A stretch of DNA of 63,748 bases, the filler included, from Choristocarpus tenellus KU-1152 (lineage: Eukaryota; Protista; Phaeophyceae), in assembly GCA_964200185.2 (NCBI GenBank). It is 13 parts of 13 records of this genome, joined end to end, with 100 filler letters (N's around TTAATTAATTAA, not from the genome) between each part and the next. Parts side by side here need not be neighbours in the genome. Positions count along the whole stretch, not along the records: positions 1 to 6,249 come from CAXNAD020008575.1; positions 6,350 to 9,667 come from CAXNAD020020843.1; positions 9,768 to 23,742 come from CAXNAD020001314.1; 10 more parts are not named here. One strand, given 5' to 3'. This document shows positions 1-13,787 of the stretch, in pieces. Both the position numbers and the translations under genes were made by a program. The notes under the pieces were generated by a model. The model was not told the DNA's origin. It ran no database searches and worked only from the letters and a program-made list of their open reading frames with translations. The first letter of the stretch is position 1; every line of letters starts with the position of its first letter.

Positions 1-489
1 CCCCCCCCAAACCCCCCCCCCCCCCCCCCCCCCCTAGATACTTTGAGTCGGACAAGTCGAAATACTGACAGTAAAGGGTAGCATAAGATATGTGATGCAA
101 CAAAGTACTCCGTAAAATGATAAAGTTACAGGCGGACATTCCAGAAGGGGGAACGTTCTTCGATCGGGCATTTGGTTCAAGATTTCTCCTATGATAAGAT
201 CTAGAAGTTTGAGCGTAGTAGAGGTTGGGTTCCACCTAGCTCACTTCCAATCTCGACCAACCAATCCAGTTCTACTTCACATAAAGTATTGCTTCTCCTC
301 CCTCCCTCTCCTCAAAAGGCACCCTCTGTTTCGTTTCATTTCCCCAGAGAGGTGGATTTGAGTGCAGACGTGACCAGGGAGCTGAAGGGGGTAGGTGAGG
401 GCGAACTGTTGACAGAGGGGTAGTAAACAGGGACCCTGATGAGACAGGCTCTGCTCTTTGGCAACACCAATCACAAGATGCAGGGGTGT

Positions 490-1715
490 CATGGGTCACC
501 CACAACCTAGCTCAAGCACACGAGTGGAAGCGCGAAGATGAGAACTGGTCCTAGTAAGGTACATACAGACAGGAAGATAGATGCTCAATAGGACAGACGG
601 ATTGACGGGCATTGATCTTATTTTCACATGGTGTAAGAATATGTTGCAATCCGCTCTATAAGCTTACCTCCACGAGATGTAGGGCTCCAATCCACAGGCC
701 TAAAGATGACGCTGATGCTCGTCGTACAGGACTCCTGATGCACAAGTCGTCATATATGCTGGATCTCTCACTTGCATTATTCCCTCCATAAGTATCAATA
801 TCATCATGAAAGGAACTGGCAACGATGTACCACCTGGGGGCATGATAATAACTATTCATTAAATATATAGTGAAGATGTACAAATATATCAAATATCTAG
901 GACTTCAAGGTCATAATGGTGTTTATCGCCTTTAAAAAATAGGGCCTGTAGTCCTAGTGAGGATTGTGTTTCACAGGAAAATAGGCCTCTCCTGGAGTGG
1001 TCAGTCCGTTCGTGGTATTCGCTTAGGCAGCAGAGAGTCGAGAGAGAGAAGGGAATATGAACTAGGCATGTGCATGACACGATCAGTGTGGCCTTCCTTG
1101 GCGCATGAGGAAGGGAGAGAGAATGGCAGTTGTGTGTACCCTGGTGTTCGATATAGCATGTGACATTGAGCATCTACAACCAATTATATGCTGAGGCTCT
1201 GCTATCTTTCTCCATTCTCTGCAGCCAGCACATGGCCGCTTCCAGCTTGGGCACCTTGTATGAGAGCATCTTTGGCACAAGAAAGTGAACTTTGCATGCT
1301 ATTTTAAGTATGACCAGTGCTGTAGAAAATATTATTATCAACTACTCCAACTTACTACTCCATACTTTTAGAACAGACAAGGTGTAAGACGGCAAGCAGA
1401 GATGTACGATAACAAGGATGAACTGAAGTAGTGTGTATAGAGGTAATTGGAAAAAGGCCAGCACAAGATGGAGTTCATGGATTGCACGGGGTAGGATACG
1501 CACAGTTGGTGCGAGCACAGGCATGTGTGATACCAAGAATCCATACCCTTGTGTGGAACACACAAGGCATGAGATGGAGGAGCGTCGCAAACAGGGATGA
1601 GTTAGAACAGCAACTTGGGTCAGTTAGTAGGGTGTGGGATTTTGAACCTAGTAGTCTGCTTTTTTTTAATTCCTCAAACGAGAGCCTCATGAGGATAAGA
1701 CCTGCATATCGTCTG
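490..1715 (-). CDS. Possible 3' exons of an unidentified spliced gene
   Basis: Several open minus-strand segments are bounded by plausible AG/GT sites (e.g. ...GALHLVE|gtaagc near 668; ...CVFHTR|gtatgg near 1547). No recognisable domain. Confidence 0.2.
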
Positions 1716-2422
1716 TAACAATACTGCTGATAACGCATGGACGGTGGACGGACGGTTGGATGTGTCAAACTGTAGTTGTTTGGGTTTTGTGCTAATGATA
1801 CTTTTTGTGTGATAAAGTGAATGGTTAATTGGTGGCATTGTACTGTACTATTCACACACATACAAGAAGAGGAGCTAGTAAACATATTATAGTGCCCTCT
1901 GATATTTTGCAGATGCGTCAGGGAAAAACTAACCTAAAATCACAAGAACCCCTATTAAAAATACCAGTTCTCGTTAATGTTAAAGATACCTCTCCAAAAA
2001 AAAATAATATTTCGAAGTATTGGAATACTAAGTATACAACAATGCTTCCTTGAAGGTTGGCAACTACAATGTAATGTGCACACTGCTGCTATGCCTTTAA
2101 CCTAACTTAGCCCTACAAGGTTGGACGAGGAGTTAGGGAAGCATCCCAAGAATCTGACGGACACCTTTTTGGACGTCTAACTGGTGTAAGCAGTAGTGGA
2201 CTAAGAGTCACTTGTTGATATTGTGCACAATTAGACTGCTGTTTTTGTCAGTATGGAAGAAGAGAGAAGAAAGAGATCGAGGGGGAGGAAAAATCATGGA
2301 CTCAGGATCAAAAACAAGCTACCTCAGAACTTGACAGAAAGGTCCGCAGATAAAGTTGGAGAAATCGAGGGAATTTCTATACCTGAGAGGTACACTGGAA
2401 GAAAAAAAGGAGTAACGTAACT

Positions 2423-2540
2423 GCATCATTTGCCAGGAAGAGTCATAAACTTACACTTCATGACTGGCACAATATACTGGGCCACATCAACCCATCAGCC
2501 ATCAAACACCTTGAAAAGTGCAGATTACTGGAGCATCAGC
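2423..2540 (+). mobile_element. Ty1/Copia relic (GAG-pre-integrase motif)
   Basis: Translates as ASFARKSHKLTLHDWHNILGHINPSAIKHLEK, matching the Copia 'WHxxLGH' pre-integrase motif. Flanks are degraded. Confidence 0.65.
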
Positions 2541-5141
2541 CAGTTTCATCAACCCCCTTTTTTCTTACGTCCACCTGAGTGAATTTTGTTTCCTCTGGCT
2601 CTGATCAAGTCATAGTTCCTCAGTGTCAGGTAATGGCATTGTACAATGATTTTTGTCTCTCGTTGGATTTACAGACTGTAATTTGTCGCTCTTCGCAATC
2701 AAATTGTAGCACATATGTGATTGCATAAGTCCGTCAAGTTCATCAGCGACATTGCTTCGCCAACATGTACTGGGGCGAGAAGTGAATTTCAGATTCGGCA
2801 ACATCATCTATTCGCGATTTAGAATAAATTTGACAAATCGAAACATCTTAAATATTGTCAACCGGTGATCTCTTCATTCGTTCCACAAGTTACTGCAGTA
2901 CCTTCAAAACACAATTTTATACGGGTAAGTTGCTGCATCGCATCACGTATCATCATAGAGTTTAAGTCACAATTACAATTCACCAAACAAAACAATAACA
3001 TCAACTTTAAACTCCCACACCAAACACGTTCCAAGCTTACCCCTACTTCTTGTGATAGTCTCTGTGTTGCATCGCCAAATCTCGTGATGTCAATCTACCT
3101 CACCCTCCCACTCCATACATATTGCTTCTATATAAAGGGAGTGTACACCCCACCTTACGGTTATTATGGTCTGACTTCGGCATACTACCAGAGGATTACA
3201 GCAATCACGTTGAAGTAGAGGGAGGTTTGTTTTGTTTTTATTTTGTTTTAGTCCGTGCTATCTTGTACGGATGCATCCTCTTGCACAAGGTTACACTAGT
3301 GACCTACCCATTCCTAGTTGACATTCAATTGAAATACTTTAAATTACTAGAAGGCATTTACGTAGTATATACATGCATATTGTATTATTAATTATACCAG
3401 AAGAATACATTTCTTGGTACGGCCGCTGCCCGCATGGAGGAGTTTATCGATGCCACCTGCAATGATGATGAGTCAATTGCACACGAATGATTTCTTCGTC
3501 CAGTCACTCCTAGTTTGTATTCACTATTCTTGCATGCCCCTGGAGCACCTCACAACTGACGACACCAAGACTCTCTTTGCTCCTCTTTCTCTACTCTTTT
3601 CAACAACTCTCTGTGATGGTTCTCGTCTTCTGCACCATGACCATGTCTCTTTGGTCACCCAGCAACCGCATGTGTGACAGTTCGCCTACAAGCAAAATTC
3701 AGTCATTTGCAATGGCAAACAAAATAACGCTGACGTGCTACGTAGTCGTTTTATTCTGTCGTCTGCCACCACTGCTGGATGAATAAATGAAGGACTGTGT
3801 CCTGTCTTTCTCTGTATGTTCTTGTTAAAATAATTTGAGGATTTGTGTGTCATACAATAATCGATACGAATATATTTTGTGTGATATATTGTATTACTGT
3901 TGACAAGCAAGATCTCACCCACAACAACTGTCCATCCAATTACGCACTCTACCAGTACTTTTTTTGTTATTATTTCAGTTCCTCCATCTCCTTGTCGTAC
4001 CTGGCCGCCTCCTTGATCTATGATGCTTAAGATGTAAGTACATCAGGAAGTCGATCCACCTTCTCGGTGCACTTACACAAACTGCAAATTACTCAGTGTC
4101 AAAGGGAGGGTCGAAGTCTTCTCTCTGCCTGACAATTTGTGCCTTGGATACCATGGTACACAGTAAAGCAAGTATGGTAATTAAAGGCAATTGAGCAGGT
4201 TAAAGTACCTTCTTGACTTGTCAGTCATCAGGCTCAAGGGGTAGACCTTCCACTTCCAAAACCCGAGAAGGCCCACCTCTACATCGTCCTCCACCTGTAC
4301 AGCTCCAGCATAAATGTGGTGAGGTCCTGACTCAGGCAGGACATCCGAATGGTTGACTTATCGAGAAGGGCCTTGCACACCTCGTCCTAATCCTCACTCC
4401 GTGTCATTTTCTGCACGCCCCCACAAACAATAGTACCTGCTGTTCGACGATCCTCGGATGGTAATAATATTAGAAAAGAGAGTATACACCCTTTGAGGAA
4501 TATAATATATATTTTAAGAGTGAGTACACTGGCGTCATTGTTTTGTCCCTACATTAGACTGAAGGTTGGATATTAAAACACAAGTAGGCCCCAAAGCATA
4601 CCTATCATGTTCCATACACGCATAGATATACACACTGTACTGAGTGAAGGCCGTCACAGTTCAGGCTCTGGCTTAATCCTTCTTCATAGACACCATGAAT
4701 CTGACTCCCAGCCCTTCACATACCTGGAGTAACTAGTGAGATGCCAAGGCTTCCACAGTAATTAAAAAAAATGTTTCCACCAAGAAGGATGTGTGTTTTT
4801 CAAATACTCGGCACTTTCCAGCACCCCAACGAGCTTAGCTGTCCTAAACAACCGGTTCGTTCCTATTTTCCAAATCAGATCCATCCCAAATCCACTACAA
4901 ATGAAAGTAGTGGCGTTTTCTCTTGTGTACATCCCGTCACGTTTTCCTGATAGTATGCCAAGAAAACGCACGCAAAATCGCCCCTGACTGTTTGCTTTGC
5001 TATAATATTTTTATATCGGTTGTAAGTATTTAAATGTGCGAACTCATAATCATTGAAATGGACGCAAAGTGAACAGATCACGAAGGTCACCTGGCTGGCA
5101 AGTCTTTCCCCACTACTGCAGATATTTTAACCTGCAGTAGT

Positions 5142-5411
5142 GACCCAAACCACTTAAGAGGGTAGGGCTGGCTTCGTTCGTGGTCATCAATCCAATGATA
5201 CGATTTTGATTCATTTTGACTGTCGTGTTCGGTAGGAAATGCCAATATCCTTGCTCCGGACACACCTTTCATAGTCATACTCCGAAAATGCTTCGGATTA
5301 GGTAACTGTATTCACACAGAAAACCGAAAAAAGGCATAAAAAACCTGTGGGAGGTGAAGCCACGAATGGACAATCAGGGCAAAACTCTAACCCTCTTAAT
5401 TGCTTTGGGTC
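5142..5411. mobile_element. MITE family A, diverged copy
   Basis: Homologous to the 258-bp family A consensus. Flanked by the direct repeat AGT/AGT. Confidence 0.8.
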
Positions 5412-6039
5412 AGTACCCTTATTGTCTCGTCTAAGGGATATATTGATCAATGTCTTGCCGAAGAATGAGGCAGAGAGCAGTTGCCCACTCTGGTGGCTCA
5501 GTCATTAAATAGGAACCCACACGCCGTTGAATAAACGATCCTAACCCTACCTCAATTTGCCAGCCCTCCTCCAACTCACAACAAGCTTCCCTATGCCGAG
5601 GTTTGAAGTTTTGGAGTCAACTTCTCGAATTAACCGTTGATTTGGAAAAATCCAGTCCGATCCTAACTCTAGACAAGTTTCCATTTCCTACACTGATTGA
5701 CCATGCAGCTAGTATAGTATATGTCTCCTTCTCATACTACTACACTCTAAAGAACGGTCAGATATCAGTCCTCGATACACCAGGATTCATTGCTACCCAC
5801 TCCTTAAAACACAAATCAGTTTCTTCTGTTCAGCCATAAACTCAACCTGAGCTGTGTCAGGCTCTGCTGCCTCGTGCAAATTTTCATCATTATATTTTCA
5901 TCCCACCCTTCGCCTTCCTGTGAATCATCCTCCACACATGGTAGAGCACATCCTACAGATTGGTTGATGTCACACTCATGATCTAGGGGCTCACCTCCAT
6001 TGTCCTCAGATTACCTGTGCACACTCATTGAGAAAAAGA

Positions 6040-6219
6040 AGCTCAAATAATCCGAGGGGGGGTGACGGCTGTCGATTTAGGGCCAAATTTTCCATGTCAC
6101 GGTTTTTGTGTGTTTTGGTTGCATACAGCAGATGGATAATGTAAGTGCACCTTTTCCTGGTTATGACCCAAATGGACACCCTGGTGTAGACCCCCTCCCC
6201 CCCATAGATATTTTGGGTC
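6040..6219. mobile_element. MITE family B copy
   Basis: Poly-G/poly-C subterminal runs and CAAATGGACACCCTGGTGTAGAC; right end AGATATTTTGGGTC; homologous to 33740-33914. Confidence 0.8.
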
Positions 6220-6249
6220 AAAAATCAGGGCTCATGGACTCAAAGAAGT

Positions 6250-6349
6250 NNNNNNNNNNNNNNNNNNNNNNNNNNNNNNNNNNNNNNNNNNNNTTAATTA
6301 ATTAANNNNNNNNNNNNNNNNNNNNNNNNNNNNNNNNNNNNNNNNNNNN
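6250..6349. other. Artificial contig-joining linker (first of 12)
   Basis: A 100-nt N-run with central TTAATTAATTAA (stops in all six frames). Same linker at about 9668, 23743, 27934, 30770, 33979, 38439, 43619, 48456, 53391, 56903 and 61145. Confidence 0.97.
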
Positions 6350-8096
6350 CAAATGGACGCGGCTCTACCCTCTAAGATACTTTGACTCGGAATCCACTCA
6401 TACTTTTTCGGGAACCTCCACCGAGGACCTCCTGGTGCTCAATCTACTGCAGTGCCCCGTACGATGGTATCCTTAATAGATACATGTCCACAGTACGTAG
6501 CAGCGATGCAATACTCGAAACTCACTCCACTGTCCGCGAGAAGCCAATCGTTTCGGACGCTGCAGAGTCGTCTTGAAGTTGCGCAATGGAGTCTGAAGCC
6601 CCAGCGATCCATGTCATTCCAACTATAGACATAAGGCTTTCATTCCCATCTTGATAATATTCGCCATGACATCGACCATTGTACCAGTCAAGTATCGGCA
6701 TATGCCCTGATATGTCACCCATGCAGAGTCCACTCGAGAATGCTTGTCCAGGTACTCCTTGACACAGATGCAGGTCTCATCTATTTTTATGAAAATTGCT
6801 TACCACAGCTCAACATGGCAGGCAAAGGAACCTTAAATGCAGCAAACCCCAGAGGGTGCAATATTCTACCTGTGCTGGTACCGAGGTCATACAAACTTCT
6901 AACAGCGTTTTCCCCAGAGGAAAAAGTGCGCAATATGGCTTTTAGGATAATGGTGGGGTTACCATACGAAATTATTTTTAGGAGCAATATTTTGTAGACA
7001 ACACTAGAGTGAACTGTCATTTGGAGAAGGTCAATGCTACCAACCATCACCACTGCCACCATGAGTACCTTTTGTCAACACTCCAACACCAAGATCGAGC
7101 AGTAACAATGTACCCTTGTCAGACCTTAGCAAATGGCATTGTAGTACAAAGGAAAGTTCTAAGATGGATAGTTGTCAGACTAGGTAACTAAACAGAAGAA
7201 ATGGACAGCTTTACCTTACTGTAGTTGGATGTTTATCGTGCCTTCTAGAACCTTCACAACCCTAACACAAGACCATGTCCAACTAATTGTCCCACCCAAG
7301 AACCTCTCTTGCCCCGAGAGGATGTGTTACGTCTCTTCCCTATAGGTACTAGTGTCAAACATTGTGGAAGGATGAAAGCTGAAGAGACCAGTTTTAAGTT
7401 CAAGTCACCCCACTGGAGGGTATGGTTGAAGGATGGAGGTAAGGAGGAATTCAGCAGGAGAGAGACGAGTGCCTCCTCCAGAAAACCTCCCAGCAGGTAA
7501 CAACTGCATGCCTGAAGGACAAGGTGAGGTTCAGTCGGTACATGCTAGAACAAGAGATTAAAGCAATGATAATCATAGTCACTAAAAGGAACAGCAGAAG
7601 TTGGAATGAAGAAGCTGCCCACATTTTACTACACAGTAATATACATCGGTTCTATAGGCTGAAGTCCTTAGAAAAGACAAACACTGAACTCACTACTTTT
7701 TATTTTTATTTATTTTCCTCTCTTCTATGTTGTAAGAACTCTCCGTGATCTTGATATGTTTTTTTATATCGTCTATATCTCACTTAAGTTTTTCTAATGT
7801 TATTTTTTTTAGTTCTCATTTCTTCATCCCCTGATTTTTAAATTTCATTTCCTTTTCATAGTTGTTACTCTCCATATTTACTGACTTTTTTCTTTTTTTT
7901 TCCTCTTTACTTCTTGTGCCTTTTTAATTTTGTTTACTATTCAGTTTCCACTTTATTACCCTCGTCATCCACACATTATTGTTTTTCTATTTATTGCCCA
8001 TTTTATTTTATTTATTTTATTTCTCTTTATTCATTATTAGTACTACTTGTTGTTCTCATTGACCCTTCTTATTTATTTATATTTATTTTTTTCTCA

Positions 8097-9560
8097 TTGC
8101 CTGTTTTGCACACTAGCAGCCTTGAGAATGCTTTGTGCATGGGGGGCATAGGACATGCAATAATAATCAGATGCTGTGTAGGCCATGAGTGATGTAAGTC
8201 TAATCCTTGATAGCATTTGCATTTATATAACCGGGAAGATTGGAAAGGAAGACGCACAAATTGTATGCCCAATCAGAGCTATGTATTTTGTAACTTTTGA
8301 AGGTCCAGTTCAAAAGAAAGAAGTGTATACTCGGATTAGACCAGACAATTTAATGGAGATTGCATTGTGTGACCTTACGGACACCTTGGAGGGAACGTGG
8401 ATAAATTAATCACATTTGTGATTAGAGGGATTGGAACTAGGGACCCATTCATTTTAGACAATGTCAGAGATATATATTTTGTAAATTTTGAAGGTGTGTT
8501 TCAGAAAGAACAAAGGTACACTCAGACTAGGCCAGGGGCAATCTGACTCTAATGGTATTCTGTGACCCTTTGGAAATTTTTCCCAGGTTAAGCAAGGACA
8601 TTTGCTGACCTGTTTTGAGGCTAGTTTGAGAGATATATATTTTTTCTTAATAAAAATATATACTCTTATCTAGTCAGACATATATTGATCTTGACTGTGC
8701 CTTAAGACTTTTAAGGATCCGTTCTCAATGGAAACAAGGGGATTGTTGATTATTGTTGGAATCCATGGGATAATTTGGAACTGGAGTCCCTATGTTGGAG
8801 AAAACTGGCAGAGTCTGAACTGAAGCCCCTATGTTACCAAATGGCAATTATGCATGCCACCGCAGCATGAACTAAGGTGATGGATATTTATTATCCAGAT
8901 AATGATTATTGCCTGTGGAAAGCATGGAACAGGTAGTCCCTGCATGGAACATAGGATAGTAGAAGTCAGAAATATGAAGTAACCCATATCAGACCAGACA
9001 GTGACTTTCATAGGATGCTTTTATTTTTTTATATTTTTTATTTCATTTTTACTTCTTTGCTACTTTCATTTTATTTTTTCTTCCTCTCTTTCTGTCAGAC
9101 CAGGTATCCCCTTGCGCGCTTGCTTTGCTGTACCTTCAATTCTTTCTGTTCTGTCCCTTGTATCCTCTATTTTATTTTATTTTATGTATTTTGGGGGGGC
9201 GCTGATGTTGATGTTATTGCCTGTTTTACGCACTGGCAGTTGTCAGAGTGCTTCGTGCTGGGGGGCAAGAGGCAGGCAATAATCAGACGATACTTAGCAC
9301 CTTAAGGAAGCTGTACTTTAGAGAGAATGAATATATCCTCAGAATTAGGCTAGACACAGACAGATTTCCCCAAGTAAGATAGGGATAATATATACTCTGA
9401 TTAGCTCAGACATTTATTGATTCTGACTGTGTCTTAAGACTTTGGAAGAAATATTCTACAAAATGAAACTGGGAGATATGTCAATCATGTGTAGAAAATA
9501 TCTGCTTAATTTGGAACCGAGGTCCCTGTGTTGGAAACAAGTGGCAAATTTGGAACGGGA
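8097..9560. repeat. Degenerate segmental duplication
   Basis: 8097-8175 resembles 9217-9290 (TTGCCTGTTTT.C.CACT.GCAG...GGGGGGCA...CAATAATCAGA), and 8660-8830 resembles 9390-9550. Each copy is preceded by a T-rich tract. Confidence 0.6.
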
Positions 9561-10208
9561 GCCCCTCTTTTGTTTGGTGGCAACCCACTCATGCTGCTAC
9601 AGCGTGATCTGAGGAACTCCGATTTGACTCAAATTTGCAGAATAATCTGTAACTCGAGTAGTTGCCANNNNNNNNNNNNNNNNNNNNNNNNNNNNNNNNN
9701 NNNNNNNNNNNTTAATTAATTAANNNNNNNNNNNNNNNNNNNNNNNNNNNNNNNNNNNNNNNNNNNNGGTGATTCTCTTCGCCACCCTTGCCTGAGTGAA
9801 CCACGCTGCCACAGAATCACACGATTCACACTCTGACATTTTGAAGACGTGTCAGGGGGGGAACAAACGAAAACTATACATATATATGTCAGTATAATCC
9901 CTAAAGAAATAAAATATCATAAATATGAAAAATACTATACGCACTATAAATAAATGTGAAAAACCCTAATCTATTTATTACTTCACCACTATCAATATTG
10001 TACTACTGCCTTCCTGTGCTTCCAATCTACCTACTCCTGTGCCCCGGGGGGAGGAGCTAGGGAGGCCTCCGAAGAATCCAATAAACTCCTCCGTGCCCAT
10101 CTCCCTGGTGACTCAAGCTTAAAACGCATGACACGTCTAGACAGTGCATCTATTGTTTCCAGGTGTGAGACCTCTTTTCTTGAGTTTGTTGGGAGAAGCT
10201 ATTATGTA

Positions 10209-11186
10209 CTCCCTCTGTCCCATAAGTCTGTATCGTTAGGGTTTTTCTTTAGTAACTTTTTCAAATGTGAGATTCAGAAGCTACAAATAATATCGTTCGA
10301 TAGCCAACAACATCAGTTTACGCACAGATATCTTCAAAATATTTTTTCTTTTAGAAAAGGTTGAGGAATCGGCCTCTGAACACCAACGTTTTTTTTCGGA
10401 AATGGTAAGTTTATAGAAAACAGCAAAACCTGTAAAAGTGATCGGAAATGATGGTTAATCGACCATTGGGTCTCAGAGAGATCCTCGATGGAGAACCGGT
10501 TAGTTGCGTTGGATCCCTTGGCGTTTTTTGCATTTGATTAGTACCTCGTCGCTGTCATTTTCTCCTGAGGGCGCTCTGGATCGCTTGATCCCCAATGACA
10601 GAGACACATCCAACACGGGCACAACACCACAAATTGGTGGATTGACGGAGAGCATGAGAGTGACGAGTAATTAATTTAATGGGAAACCGCCAAGGAGTCC
10701 AACGGAACTAACCTCGTCTTTATCGGAGGTCTCGTTGAGACGTTATGGTCGATTAACCAAAATTTCCAGTCATTTTGGGCCGTTTGGCTTGTTGTTTTGC
10801 TGAATCTGTCATTTCCGAAAAGAAAAGGTTGTGTTCAGGGGCTGGTTTGGCTCAAAGTATCTGGTGGCAACGGACTTCGGCTACCAAATCGAGGTGAATG
10901 TGGTATGGAATGAGGGAAAGTATCTTAGAGGGAATTAATGTTTAACTGCTTCTCCATTTCTTGGCACATGTCTTAACTTTTTTTCCTGACGTTTTCCGTC
11001 CCATTGGTATGTTTCGGAGTAGGTAAAATGTTCGTTTTAAAACTATTTTGAAATGAAAAAACATTTTGAGATATTTATGTGGGAGCCAAAGTTGTTGGCT
11101 GTCGAACGATATTATTTGTTATTTCTGAATCTCCCATTACAAAAAGTTATTCAGAAAAACCTTCACAGTCTGGACTTATGGGACAG
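10209..11186. mobile_element. Stowaway-like (Tc1/mariner-type) foldback element carrying nested MITE fragments
   Basis: Begins TA|CTCCCTCTGTCCCATAAGT. 10215-10310 is inverted at 11090-11186, and 10372-10475 at 10737-10842. AAAGTATCT-type ends are inserted at 10849 and 10912. Confidence 0.75.
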
Positions 11187-11276
11187 TTTTCATAAACTAT
11201 CTTTCAAAAACCTTGACAATTTTTGTGAGAGAAGTGAGGCACATGACACAGTTTACAGTAAGTTATATAAGTTGCA

Positions 11277-11804
11277 CTCCCTGTGTCTTAGAAGTCTGTT
11301 CCTTCATGCATGTACCTCTCCGGGATGATCTCCGATTTCAAAACGGATTTTTGCGTTGGATTTCTCAGAACGTTTTACGGAAGATGATATATAGTTGAAA
11401 AATATACCAAGATTGTTCTGAAAATATGGAATAGAAGTTAGGGAGGTATAGCCCCACAAGAATGCACTGAATTGGTGGGTCGACGGCGTTGAGTGAAATC
11501 GAGGAAAAGTTCTCTAATGCAAAACATGTTAAGGAATCTAATGCAAAAATCCGTTTTGAAATCGGAGGTCATCTCGAAGAGGTACATGCATAAAGGAACA
11601 GACTTACGGGACAGAGGCAGTAGTAGCACAAAAGATGAGTAGTAGCCTATGTTTCAACACGGTCCAGACCTTCCTATACATAAACTATATATCTCATCTT
11701 ACGTAAAATGTTCCGAGGAATCCAATGCAAAAATCCCTTTTGAAATCGGAGGTCATCCCGAAGAGGTACATGCATAAAGGAACAGACTTCCGGGAGATAG
11801 GGAG
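11277..11804. mobile_element. Second Stowaway-like element with one left arm and two right arms
   Basis: The left arm CTCCCTGTGTCTTAGAAGTCTGTTCCTTCATGCATGTACCTCT (11277-11395) is inverted at 11520-11620 and again at 11685-11804, which ends GGGAG|TA. Confidence 0.75.
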
Positions 11805-12133
11805 TATAATATGGAATATACAGAGCGAACATTATATACGGATAGAAGTGAAAGGCCTTCAAACTTCCAATTTCCACATGTTTTGTTTGACGACCCATAC
11901 TTACGAAATGTTAATGTGATTTGAAAATTTTGCATACTTTTCTAGTCGAATTTAGATGAAACGTTCGCCGTTTCTTCAGGCGTTTCTCTTACTAGATTTC
12001 TATAATCGAAAGTGCAACCCCCCTTACAGCTCCTCAATTCACTTCTTCGATCCCTTCAAGTCAATTTCTGACCTCTACCACAATCTCGCTGCTCTCCCAG
12101 AGTTCAGGAGTTTTTTTTAAGGCACCGTTAGAA

Positions 12134-13787
12134 ATGTCTTACTACGGTATGCTTTGCCGTCACAAGAATGTGTTGGCAGGTGGCGCCTCCCTCGCTGCCG
12201 CTGGAGCAATGACGGTATGTACCCCTTTGAGTAATAATATATTCTTCGAACGAGCTCGTTGGTAGAACCCAGGACGCTGAGAGTGAATCTCGGTGGTTCA
12301 TTACATGCGATGTCTCGCCCAATCCACTTTTCGCGATCGTTGGGGATGGTCACTAACATAACTCATCCTAGCTGTTGAGTATGTTCGAGCACATTGCTCC
12401 CTCAACATGACACTCATCGAAATTCCCAATAACACAGGGGTTCCTCACCCAGAAGGTGGAAGCCGCTGACGGCACTCACGGGATGCTGGCGAACATCTTG
12501 TCATCAGTGAAGAGCATCGAGTCTGATCTTGGTGTCGCCACCAAGAAGGACAGTGTACAATACATCGACCCTGTGGCAAACTTTCCTATCATCACTCCTA
12601 AGCACAAATCTCTCATGGCGAACGTGCTCATCAACCGCCCGGATTTATACACCAAGTACTGCAACGCATCAACCCCGAATGGATTTACATTTGACCAGGC
12701 TATCCAGGCAGGCATCGATGCTCCACACCTCGGCGTCGGTATCGCCGCTGGGGACGAGGAGTCGTACGAAACCTTCAAGGACTTCATGGACATCGTAATT
12801 GAGGGATGGCATGGCTACAAGCCGACCGACATGCACAAGATTGACATTGACCCGAACAACATCCAACTGACAGACGAGCAGGCCAAGAAGTTTGACAAGT
12901 ATGTAGTCTCCACAAGAATTCGTGCTGGGCGGTCGATCCGCGGACTCCCTCTCCCCCCAGGAACAAATCGTGCCCAGCGACGCAAGGTCGAGAAGCTTTT
13001 GCGAAATGGTCTGACCCGCATGACGGGCAGCCTAGCTGGCAAGTATTATCCACTGGGGGGCATGACCGATGAGGAGGAGCAGCAACTGATAGATGACCAC
13101 TTCCTATTTCAGAAGCCTTCCCCTCGCAATGTCCTTGCCAACTGTGGTGCTGGGAGGGACTGGCCTGATGGAAGGGGCATCTTCCATAACACAGAAAAGA
13201 ATTTCCTTGTGTGGGTGAATGAGGAGGATCACATGCGTGTCATCTCAATGGAGGAGGGTGGAAACATCAAGCAAGTTTTCTTGCGCTGGTCCGAGGCTGT
13301 GAATGCTGTTGAGGCTGCACTCAAGGGCGATGGCTATGAGTACATGTGAGAGTGCGCCTCTCAGCAATGATGACTTCGCATTTTGTCATTGCTGCCTCAA
13401 TTGTAGAGTGTATCATCATTGATGCTTCAAACTCTGTTTATACTCAAGTCATTGACACATAATGTCCCTTCTTCCCACAACAGGTACAATGACCACCTAG
13501 GTAACGTTTGCACCTGCCCATCAAACCTGGGCACTGGTTTGCGTGCATCTGTGATGCTCAAGTTGCCCAAGCTCTACAAGAGCTGGGGGGTGCACAAGCT
13601 TGAGGAGTACTGTGACTCCCTTGGTGTCCAGGCTCGTGGTGCGAAGGGTGAGCACTCACCCCCAGGACCCAATGGGGAGTTTGACATCTCCAACAAGGCT
13701 CGCATTGGAAAGTCCGAAGTTGAACTTGTCCAGTCCATGATAGATGGTGTCGACAAGCTCATCGCCCTTGAAGAAGCCCTGCCGTAA
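12134..13787 (+). CDS. Phosphagen (ATP:guanidino) kinase with mitochondrial-type leader; exons 12134-12214, 12438-13345, 13484-13787
   Basis: Motifs [41 protein letters not shown] and [14 protein letters not shown] splicing keeps the frame. N-terminus is [36 protein letters not shown]. Confidence 0.95.

Noticed and set aside
6382-7500. Coding-like fragments on the second contig
   Set aside because: Multiple stops in all frames and no recognisable motif, so nothing can be assigned.
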